This document shows, piece after piece, positions 23,923-31,563 of a stretch of DNA of 31,563 nt. A model generated the notes under the pieces. That model worked only from the letters and a program-made list of their open reading frames with translations, was not told the origin of the DNA and searched no databases. Source of the stretch: Myxococcota bacterium (lineage in GTDB: Bacteria; Myxococcota_A; UBA9160; UBA4427); assembly GCA_036336835.1 (NCBI GenBank), contig JAYZFK010000074.1, positions 1 to 31,563 on the forward strand, in the 5' to 3' direction. Position 1 is the first letter of the stretch. The number at the start of each line of letters is the position of its first letter. Position numbers and translations under genes: made by a program.

Positions 23923-25101
23923 ATGCCGGCTTCCCCCCGCCCTGCTCTGGACGATGCGCTCGGCCGCGACCTCGGCGAGATCGAGGCCGCCGGCCTGTGG
24001 CGCGAGCTGCGCGAGATCGAGTCCGCGCAGGGTCCCTCGGTGCTGCTGCGCGGTCGCGAGGTGCTGCTGTTCTGCTCGAACAACTACCTCGGGCTCGCGA
24101 ACCATCCCGCGGTGGTCGAGGCCTCGCGCGAGGCGGCCGCGCGCTACGGCGCGAGCGCGGGCTCGTCGCGACTCATCTCGGGTCACATGCGCGCGCACCG
24201 CGAGCTCGAAGAGCGCATCGCCGGCTGGAAGCAGCTCGAGGCGGCGCTGGTGTTCTCGACCGGCTACCAGGCGAACCTCGGCTGCATCACGGCGCTCGCC
24301 GGGGTGGACGACGTGGTGCTCTCCGACGAGCTCAACCACGCGAGCATCATCGATGCAACGCGCCTGTCGAAGGCGCGCGCGCGGATCTTCCGCCACAACG
24401 ACACCGGTCAGCTCGAGGATCTGCTGCGCGAGGCGCGGGGCGCGCGGCGCGTGCTGGTGGTGACCGAATCGATCTTCTCGATGGACGGCGACGCCGCGCC
24501 GCTCGTCGAGATGGCGCGGCTCGCCCGCCGCCACGGGGCCTGGCTGATGGTCGACGAGGCGCACGGCGCGGGAGTGTTCGGCAAGCAGGGTGCGGGCCTG
24601 GTCGAAGAGCTGGGACTGAACGACGTCGTCGACGTGCAGGTCGGCACGCTCGGCAAGGCGCTCGGCAGCTTCGGCGCGTACGTCGCCGGCTCGCGCCGGC
24701 TGGTGGATCTGCTGATCAACCGCGCGCGACCCTTCATCTTTACCACCGGTCTGCCGCCCTCGGCCGTCGCGGCCGCCGGAGCGGCCATCGAGATCTGTCA
24801 GCGCGAGCCGGAGCGGGCCGCGGGGCTGCGCCGGCGCGTGCGCGAGCTGGCGGCGCACTTGCGCGCCGCTGGCCTCAGCGTCCCCGAAGCGCAGAGCCAG
24901 ATCCTGCCCGTGATGCTAGGCGACGCCGATCGCACGCTGGCCGCGATGCACGCGCTGCTCGAGCGCGGTGTCTACGTCGCGGCTATTCGTCCACCCACGG
25001 TGCCGCCCGGAACCTCGCGCCTGCGCCTGTCGGTGATGGCGACTCACACGAAAGAGCAGCTCGAGCACGCGGCCGACGCGCTCGCCCGGAGCATCGCATG
25101 A
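23923..25101 (+). CDS. bioF: 8-amino-7-oxononanoate synthase
   Basis: FCSNNYLGL, GSSRLISG, FSTGYQAN, SDELNHASIID, ESIFSMDGD, VDEAHG, GTLGKALG, AIRPPTVP. The ATG downstream of the operator was chosen as start. Confidence 0.95.
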   Translation: MPASPRPALDDALGRDLGEIEAAGLWRELREIESAQGPSVLLRGREVLLFCSNNYLGLANHPAVVEASREAAARYGASAGSSRLISGHMRAHRELEERIAGWKQLEAALVFSTGYQANLGCITALAGVDDVVLSDELNHASIIDATRLSKARARIFRHNDTGQLEDLLREARGARRVLVVTESIFSMDGDAAPLVEMARLARRHGAWLMVDEAHGAGVFGKQGAGLVEELGLNDVVDVQVGTLGKALGSFGAYVAGSRRLVDLLINRARPFIFTTGLPPSAVAAAGAAIEICQREPERAAGLRRRVRELAAHLRAAGLSVPEAQSQILPVMLGDADRTLAAMHALLERGVYVAAIRPPTVPPGTSRLRLSVMATHTKEQLEHAADALARSIA

Positions 25102-26462
25102 GCTCGTGGATCGAGCGCGACCGCGCGGTGCTGTGGCACCCGTTCACCCAGCACGAAGAGTGGTTCTCGTACGATCCGATCGTCGTCGAGCGCGCCGAGG
25201 GCTTCGAGCTGATCGATACCGAGGGACGTCGCTACCTGGACGGCGTGTCGTCGCTGTGGTGCAACGTGCACGGCCACGGCCATCCGGACATCCTCGACGC
25301 CATGCGCGAGCAGCTCGACCGCGTGCAGCACTCCACCATGCTCGGCCTGTCGCACACGCCCGCCATCGAGCTGGCTGAGCGGCTCGTGGCACTGACACCC
25401 GAGCCGCTGACCCGCGTCTTCTTCAGTGATGCCGGCGCGACTGCCGTCGAGGTCGCGCTGCGCATGGCCTTCCAGTACTGGCGCCAGGTGGGTCATCCCG
25501 AGAAGACCCGCTTCATTACGCTGACCGACGGCTATCACGGCGATACGATCGGCTCCGTCAGCCTGGGCTTCTCCGAGCCGTTCCACACCGGCTACGAGCC
25601 GATCACCTTTCGCACACTCAAGTTCGATCCACCGTGGCTGTGCGCGCCGATCACGGGCAACGGCAGCTACGACGCCGCGCGGCTGGAGGCGGCGGCGCAG
25701 GTGAGCCTGGCCGGGTTCGAGCAGCAGCTGGAGCAGCACGCGCGCGAGACGGCCGCCGTGTTCATCGAGCCGTTGATGCAGGGCGCCGCCGGGATGTGGC
25801 CGCAGCCCGCGTCGTTCGTGCGCCGCGTGCGCGAGCTGTGCGATGTGCACGAGGTGCTGCTCGTGTGTGACGAGGTGGCGACGGGCTTCGGGCGCACGGG
25901 AACGATGTTCGCGATCGAGCAGGCGGGGATCTCGCCCGACATCCTGTGTCTCGCCAAGGGACTCACGGCCGGCTACCTCCCGGTGGCGGCGACGCTCGCC
26001 ACCGAGTCGCTGTTCGAGGCCTTCAACGCGCCGTACGCCGAATACAAGGCGCTGTTCCACGGCCATACCTACGGCGGCAACCCGCTCGGCTGTGCCGCTG
26101 CGATCGCCAACCTCGACGTGTTCGAGCGCGAGGACACGCTCGGCAAGGCGCGCAAGGCGGCCGATGCCCTCGGGCGCTCGCTCGCCCTGCACATCGACCC
26201 GCTGGCTCACACCAGCCCGGTCCGGCGGATCGGTACGATGGTGGGCTTCGACATGCTGCGCGATGCCGCGACCGGCGAGCGCTATCCGTCGTCGGAGCGC
26301 CGCTCACACCACGTGGCGCTGGCGGCGCGCGACGAGGGTGTGATCGTGCGGCCGCTCGGCGACAGCGTGATCCTGATGCCGCCGCTCGCCATGCCGCCGA
26401 GCCTCGTCGAGCGCGTGGTCGAGGCCACCGCCCGGGCGGTGGCGCGGGTGACGGCGGCTTGA
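25098..26462 (+). CDS. bioA: Adenosylmethionine-8-amino-7-oxononanoate aminotransferase
   Basis: LWHPFTQ, DGVSSLWCNVHGH, VEVALRMA, YHGDT, DEVATGFGRTG, AKGLTAGYLP, HGHTYGGNPL. ATGA overlap with bioF. Confidence 0.95.
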   Translation: MSSWIERDRAVLWHPFTQHEEWFSYDPIVVERAEGFELIDTEGRRYLDGVSSLWCNVHGHGHPDILDAMREQLDRVQHSTMLGLSHTPAIELAERLVALTPEPLTRVFFSDAGATAVEVALRMAFQYWRQVGHPEKTRFITLTDGYHGDTIGSVSLGFSEPFHTGYEPITFRTLKFDPPWLCAPITGNGSYDAARLEAAAQVSLAGFEQQLEQHARETAAVFIEPLMQGAAGMWPQPASFVRRVRELCDVHEVLLVCDEVATGFGRTGTMFAIEQAGISPDILCLAKGLTAGYLPVAATLATESLFEAFNAPYAEYKALFHGHTYGGNPLGCAAAIANLDVFEREDTLGKARKAADALGRSLALHIDPLAHTSPVRRIGTMVGFDMLRDAATGERYPSSERRSHHVALAARDEGVIVRPLGDSVILMPPLAMPPSLVERVVEATARAVARVTAA

Positions 26463-27190
26463 GCGCGCCCGCGCGCGGCCTGTTCGTCACGGGAACGGAC
26501 ACGGGTGTCGGCAAGACGCTCGTGTCGTGCGCGGTGCTGCGTGCGTTGCGGCGCCGCGGACGACTCGTCGGTGTCTACAAGCCGGTCGAGACCGGCTGCC
26601 CCAGCGACGCCGAGGGCCGCCGCTACGGAGAGGATTGCCGCCGGCTGCTCGCCGCCGCCGACACAGGACAGCCGGAGTCGAGCGTCGCTAGCGCGTTGTA
26701 CCCGATCCCGGCCGCTCCGCTGGTCTCGGCCGAGGCCGAGCACGCGTCGATCGACCCGGATCTCCTGGTCCGCGACTTCGAGAAGCTGGCGGCGGACTAC
26801 GACTCCGTGCTGGTCGAGGGCGCCGGGGGCCTGCTGGTGCCGATCGCACCGGCCTTCACCTACGCAGACCTGGCCGAGCGGCTCGGCCTGCCGGTGCTCG
26901 TCGTGGTGGGCTCGAGGCTCGGCTGCCTGAACCACGCGCTGCTCACCCTGGCCGAGCTCGAGCGGCGCGGACTGCGCGTCGCGGGCTACGTGCTCAACGC
27001 GCTCGAGGGGGGCGAGAGCCGCCCGGACGCGCCCCACGCGCTGGCGACCCATCGGGATACCCTGTCGCGCTTCTGTGCGGCGGCGGATCTCGGACAGATG
27101 CCCTTCGTCGCCCCGGCCGCCCGCGACGACTTCGACGCCCTCGCTGCGGCGGCCGAGTCGCAGCTCGAGCTGGCTCGCCTGCCGCTGTGA
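26459..27190 (+). CDS. bioD: Dethiobiotin synthase
   Basis: FVTGTDTGVGKT, YKPVETG, VEGAGGLLVP, LGCLNHALLT. TTG start overlapping the bioA stop. Confidence 0.95.
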   Translation: MSAPARGLFVTGTDTGVGKTLVSCAVLRALRRRGRLVGVYKPVETGCPSDAEGRRYGEDCRRLLAAADTGQPESSVASALYPIPAAPLVSAEAEHASIDPDLLVRDFEKLAADYDSVLVEGAGGLLVPIAPAFTYADLAERLGLPVLVVVGSRLGCLNHALLTLAELERRGLRVAGYVLNALEGGESRPDAPHALATHRDTLSRFCAAADLGQMPFVAPAARDDFDALAAAAESQLELARLPL

Positions 27191-27224
27191 GCACCGTCCG
27201 AAGTCCCCGGCTTCGCAGACGTTC

Positions 27225-27252
27225 TTGCCTACGGCGGCCGAACTCGTTTAAT
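27225..27252 (+). promoter_or_regulatory. Putative sigma70 promoter for the aldolase gene
   Basis: TTGCCT-N16-TTTAAT in the intergenic region. Confidence 0.35.
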
Positions 27253-27355
27253 CTCTCTACCCGCCGCAGGGGCCATCCCGCGGCAGGTGAGATTCCAACA
27301 TCCTGTCCGATCGTCGTCATCAGCGATCGGGATGTTCAGCTGGAGGCCGGTCCAC

Positions 27356-28366
27356 ATGGGTAGTCTCGAAGAAACTGCAAGGGCGATCGTTGCGCCGGGC
27401 AAGGGCATCCTCGCTGCCGACGAGAGCGGCGGCACGATCAAGAAGCGGTTCGACTCGATCGGTGCCGAGTCGACCGAGACGACACGGCGCGACTACCGCG
27501 AGTCGCTCTTCCGCACCGCCGGCGCGCAGGACTTCATCAGCGGCGTGATCCTGTTCGACGAGACGATCCGCCAGGACGCGGCCGACGGCACCCCGCTGGT
27601 CAAGGTGCTGAGCGAAGCCGGCATCATCCCCGGGATCAAGGTCGACACGGGGGCGAAGGAGCTCGCCGGCGCGTCGGGCGAGAAGGTGACCGAGGGCCTC
27701 GACGGTCTGCGCGAGCGGCTCGACGAGTACCGCGGGCTCGGCGCCGGGTTTGCCAAGTGGCGCGCGGTGATCACCATCGGCGACGACATCCCCAGCGACT
27801 ACTGCATCGAGGCGAACGCGCACGCTCTGGCTCGTTATGCGGCGCTGTGCGTCGAGGCAGGCCTGGTTCCGATCGTCGAGCCGGAGGTGTTGATGGACGG
27901 CGGCCACACCATCGAGCGCTGCTACGAGGTCACCGAGCGCACGCTCGAGAAGGTCTTCGGCGAGCTGTACGCGCAACGCGTCCCGCTCGAGCAGACCCTG
28001 CTCAAGCCGAACATGGTCTTGTCCGGCTCGACCTGCTCGAAGCAGGCCGACGTCCGCGCGGTTGCCGAGGCGACGCTCCGCTGCTTCCACCGCTGCGTCC
28101 CGGCGGCGGTGCCCGGCATCGTGTTCCTCTCCGGCGGTCAGAGCGACGAGCTCGCGACGGCTCATCTCAACGAGATGAACAAGATCGGCGGTGGGCCCTG
28201 GGAGCTCTCGTTCTCGTACGGTCGCGCGCTGCAGGCGCCGGCGCTCAAGGCCTGGGCCGGCAAGCCCGAGAACATCGAGGCCGCCCAGCAGGCCTACTTC
28301 CACCGCGCCCGCTGCAACGGAGCCGCGCGCTCGGGCAGCTACAGCGAGGCGATGGAAGCCGCCTAG
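27356..28366 (+). CDS. fba: Fructose-bisphosphate aldolase class I
   Basis: GKGILAADES, ISGVILFDET, GIKVDTG, FAKWRAV, VPIVEPEV, LLKPNMV (Schiff-base Lys), FLSGGQS, SFSYGRALQ. GGAGG RBS. Confidence 0.97.
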   Translation: MGSLEETARAIVAPGKGILAADESGGTIKKRFDSIGAESTETTRRDYRESLFRTAGAQDFISGVILFDETIRQDAADGTPLVKVLSEAGIIPGIKVDTGAKELAGASGEKVTEGLDGLRERLDEYRGLGAGFAKWRAVITIGDDIPSDYCIEANAHALARYAALCVEAGLVPIVEPEVLMDGGHTIERCYEVTERTLEKVFGELYAQRVPLEQTLLKPNMVLSGSTCSKQADVRAVAEATLRCFHRCVPAAVPGIVFLSGGQSDELATAHLNEMNKIGGGPWELSFSYGRALQAPALKAWAGKPENIEAAQQAYFHRARCNGAARSGSYSEAMEAA

Positions 28367-28369
28367 CGT

Positions 28370-29941
28370 CTAGTCCCCGGTCGCGGGCCGCAGCTCCACG
28401 CGCTCGAAGGGCGCGAGCGGAATCCGCAGGCGCGTCCAGCGGTCTTCGATCACGATCTCCGCGGGTTGCTGCCACTGCGCACCGCGCGGGATCGGTCCGG
28501 CGGCGAGCGTCGCATCGAGCAACGCGTCGATCGGCAGCAGGCGGTCGTCGTAGTGGGCGGGCACGCCGGGCCTGCGCACGGCGAACAGGGTCGAGAAGCC
28601 GTCGCGCAGGTCGGCCGGGGTGAGCAGGTTCCGGTTGCTCGGCGCGGGGCGTCGCGCCGTGATGCGCGAGCCGTGGTCGCCGTGGACGATCACCACACTG
28701 TCCAAGGTCTCGGGCCGCGCGGACAATCGATCGAGTAGCGCCGTCACCCGGCGGGTGGTGCACGCCATCTGCTCGAGGTAGAGCGGGTAGTGCACGGCGC
28801 GGGTCGCTTCGGAGAAGTGCGTTGCGTGCAGTACGCCCGGCTCGCCGTATGTCCAGGTCGAGGGATCGCTGCGCAGGGTGCAGTCGGCCTCGTAGGCGAA
28901 GGGGAAGTGCGGCAGCATCAGGTGCGCGATCAGCGCGACGCCGGGCTCGAGACGCTGATCGATCTCCTCGCGCAGCCGGCCGAGCGAGCGCATCGCGACG
29001 AGCGAGCTCACCCGGCTGACCGGCTGGTCGGGGATCAGGCTCGACAGCCTGGTGAGCATCCCGCCGAGCAGCCGCAGCCGGGTCGCGACGGGAAGGCCGG
29101 AGTCCGGCAGCACGCGCGGGCTCTCGACCGCGGAGACCGAGCAGTGCTCGAGCTCGAAGCCGCGCTCGGCACTGCACAGATCCAGATAGTCGGTGCGCAG
29201 CACACGCAGCGCGTAGCCGCGCCGCTGCAGCTCCTCGAAGTAGGCGCTGTGTTCGAGCGCGACACGGCGCCCGCGGCCGCTGTGGCGGAGCGCGTCGCCG
29301 CGGTTGAACAGGGCCGAGAACGAATCGTGGCTCATGAAGTAGCGGCTGTACGCCCGGCCGAACACGCTGAAGCCGCGCGACAGGTAGGCGTCGCGCAGCG
29401 CGCGCGCGAAGTGGCCATCGGGGTCGAACGCTCGGGGAATGCCCTCGACACCGATCTGCTCGTCGAGGATCAGATGCAGTCGCGGCGGCAGCGCCCGGTT
29501 GCGCGGCGCGGGCGGACGGTCGATTCCGGCGGCGGTGGAGTCGCCCCCTCCGGACAACAGCGCAGCGGCGAGCGTGAAGGTCCAGGCCACCGGACCGACG
29601 ATCGGGCGCCAGACGCCGCGCAGCGTCCAGGCCGCGGCGGCCGCCGCAACGCCGATTCCGATCAGCCCCGGGATGCCGAGCGGCGTGGTGCGCTGCAGGT
29701 CTGCGAACAGCACGGCGAGCGCGCCCACGCCGAGCGCGCGCACCGCGGTGCCGGCCCGCTCGAGTAGCGCCCCGACCGCGGCGGCGGCGAGCGCTCCCAG
29801 CCCGGTCACCGCCAGCACCTCGGCGCTCGCGAACGGCAGCTGGTGGAAGCGCAGGAAGATCAGCAGCGGCCCCAGCATCAGTGCACACGCCACTCCCCAG
29901 GTCGCGACGAAGCTGTGCGCGCGCGGCTCGGCGGACGGCAT
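28370..29941 (-). CDS. Membrane-anchored alkaline-phosphatase-superfamily enzyme (LtaS/sulfatase-like)
   Basis: N-terminal TMs, then LHLILDE, YFMSHDSFS, AHLMLPHFPF, IVHGDHG; no CxPxR motif. Confidence 0.7.
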   Translation of the reverse strand: MPSAEPRAHSFVATWGVACALMLGPLLIFLRFHQLPFASAEVLAVTGLGALAAAAVGALLERAGTAVRALGVGALAVLFADLQRTTPLGIPGLIGIGVAAAAAAWTLRGVWRPIVGPVAWTFTLAAALLSGGGDSTAAGIDRPPAPRNRALPPRLHLILDEQIGVEGIPRAFDPDGHFARALRDAYLSRGFSVFGRAYSRYFMSHDSFSALFNRGDALRHSGRGRRVALEHSAYFEELQRRGYALRVLRTDYLDLCSAERGFELEHCSVSAVESPRVLPDSGLPVATRLRLLGGMLTRLSSLIPDQPVSRVSSLVAMRSLGRLREEIDQRLEPGVALIAHLMLPHFPFAYEADCTLRSDPSTWTYGEPGVLHATHFSEATRAVHYPLYLEQMACTTRRVTALLDRLSARPETLDSVVIVHGDHGSRITARRPAPSNRNLLTPADLRDGFSTLFAVRRPGVPAHYDDRLLPIDALLDATLAAGPIPRGAQWQQPAEIVIEDRWTRLRIPLAPFERVELRPATGD

Positions 29942-30142
29942 CGCCGATCACGCTAGCCCCGGAACCCGCCTCGTGCCGCGACCTCTGCGAGCCCGGCCGC
30001 GCGAGCGTCGGCCGTGTCGGGCTGCGGAGCGCCCCCGCGCGCGCGAGCCCGGCGGGCCGTCGACAGCGGCGTGGATCTACCGGACTCTCTCACTCCCGTC
30101 GTCGGAGGCCAGCCCCGGCCTGCGCGCGAGAGGTTCGAGCTC

Positions 30143-31563
30143 ATGACGATCGATCGCCGAACCTTCCTGAAAGCCGCAGTCGGCGCCGCAGGCGCGGCCC
30201 TGGTCGACCCCGCCTTCGGGGCGGAGGCGGCGGACACCGCGGACACGGCGGCGAAGCGCCGTCCCAACCTGCTGCTCATCATGACCGACCAGCAGTCGCT
30301 GTCGGGGGTGCAGGGCTACGGCAACCCGGTCGTGCGGACTCCCAACGTGGCGCGGCTCGGCGCGGAAGGGGTGCTCTGCGAGGACTTCTACATCAGCGCC
30401 TTCCCGTGCACTCCGGCCCGGTCCGTGCTGGTGACGGGCCAGTGGGCTCACACCACCGGCATCGTCACCAACAAGGTCGAGCTGCCCAACGACCACCCGT
30501 CGCTGGGCCATCACTTTCGGGAGGCCGGCTACCGCACGCACTACGTGGGCAAGTGGCACCTCGGTGGCGAGGTCTACCGCGGGGTCGAGGTGGCCTCGGG
30601 CGTTCTGGACGGCAGGGTCGCGGTCTCGCGGGGGCCGAGCGGCTTCGTCTTCGAGAAGGCGCAAGGCGGCCTGGGCGAGGACGGGCCCAACGGCGGCTTC
30701 AAGGACACCTACATCGGGGGCTGGAACCACTACAAGCAGTACCTGAGAGATGTCGGGCTGGGCGGGTATACCCGGGACCCGTGGGTCGGCGCGCATCAGC
30801 AGCGTCCCTCGGCGCCCGACGACAAGTCCGCATACAGCCAGATCCCGGCGGCGCATCACATGTCGGCGTTCCTGGCGGGCTCGATGGAGAACGTCATCCG
30901 CAACGCAGCGGGCACGGAGACACCCTGGATGGGCGTCCTCTCCTTCTACGGGCCGCACCTGCCCGTCGCGCCGCCCAGGCCCTGGCACGAACGTTATGCG
31001 CTGGGGGACGTCCCCCTGCCGGCGAACTTCAACGACACGCTCGCCGGCAAGCCTCCGAGCCAGCGCGCCGACCCCGCCTACGTGCGGCTGCGCTGGAAGG
31101 AAGCACAGGTGCGCGACTACATCCGGCGCTACTGGGGCTTCTGCAGCTATGTCGACGAGCAGCTCGGTCGCGTGTTGGCCGCTCTCGACGAGACGGGTCA
31201 GATGGACGACACCGTCGTGGTCTTCACCTCCGACCACGGCGACATGGTCGGCGAGCACGGAATGATCTACAAGCTGTCGACCTGCGGCTACGACGCACTG
31301 ATCCGGGTGCCGCTGATCGTCCGCTACCCCGCCCGGCTGAAGGCGGGCGTGCGGATCGAGGGCTTCGTCGAGCAGATCGACTTGTTGAGCACGCTGCTGG
31401 ATCTCGCCGGCATCGAGCCCCGCAAGGCGGCGCAAGAGGAGGCGCGCATCCAGGGCCGCAGCTTTGCCGCCCTGCTCGAGGGCACCGGGCAGCCCCACGA
31501 GAGCGACGTGCAGGTGGACATGATGAACCGCTGCTGGACGGTCCGCACCGCCAGCCACAAGGC
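30143..31563 (+). CDS. Tat-exported formylglycine-dependent sulfatase (3'-truncated)
   Basis: Absent from the ORF track because there is no stop in the window. MTIDRRTFLK (Tat), PNLLLIMTDQ, CTPARSVLVTG, GYRTHYVGKWHL, GPHLP, FTSDHGDMVGEHG. Confidence 0.93.
   Translation, partial: MTIDRRTFLKAAVGAAGAALVDPAFGAEAADTADTAAKRRPNLLLIMTDQQSLSGVQGYGNPVVRTPNVARLGAEGVLCEDFYISAFPCTPARSVLVTGQWAHTTGIVTNKVELPNDHPSLGHHFREAGYRTHYVGKWHLGGEVYRGVEVASGVLDGRVAVSRGPSGFVFEKAQGGLGEDGPNGGFKDTYIGGWNHYKQYLRDVGLGGYTRDPWVGAHQQRPSAPDDKSAYSQIPAAHHMSAFLAGSMENVIRNAAGTETPWMGVLSFYGPHLPVAPPRPWHERYALGDVPLPANFNDTLAGKPPSQRADPAYVRLRWKEAQVRDYIRRYWGFCSYVDEQLGRVLAALDETGQMDDTVVVFTSDHGDMVGEHGMIYKLSTCGYDALIRVPLIVRYPARLKAGVRIEGFVEQIDLLSTLLDLAGIEPRKAAQEEARIQGRSFAALLEGTGQPHESDVQVDMMNRCWTVRTASHK

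Noticed and set aside
23997..26462. Apparent long bioA or bioF-bioA fusion (821 aa)
   Set aside because: The N-terminal extension is an off-frame overlap with bioF; bioA starts at the ATGA overlap at 25098.

Overview
High-GC bacterial chromosomal segment with about 29 genes; a TonB-dependent receptor implies a diderm, and the gene styles suggest Myxococcota or another deltaproteobacterial lineage (inference). In order: the tail of a likely anti-sigma gene and an exported protein; an AT-rich intergenic region with phased 10-bp repeats and a candidate small RNA; egtD; a small acidic ORF; a spermidine-synthase-like methyltransferase; yqeY; a coupled operon of NYN-domain protein, atypical two-domain GTP cyclohydrolase II and a SIS-isomerase/creatininase fusion; a 7-TM protein; a cold-shock protein; a hotdog thioesterase; an ArnT/PMT-like glycosyltransferase; a lipid/steroid-type catabolic cluster (acyl-CoA ligase, TonB receptor, two amidohydrolases, TetR, GPH-family MFS, APH-like kinase, SDR, EchA19-like hydratase, EthD-like and SnoaL-like proteins); bioF-bioA-bioD behind a BirA-type operator; class I aldolase; an LtaS-like membrane enzyme; and a truncated Tat-exported sulfatase. 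No rRNA, tRNA, CRISPR array or mobile element was seen. The best candidate for an undescribed system is 4831-7847: a GCH II lacking the deformylating Tyr, coupled to a fusion of a GlmS/FrlB-like isomerase and a creatininase-family amidohydrolase, suggesting a new GTP-derived pyrimidine/pterin pathway. All family assignments come from motif recognition by eye, without database searches.
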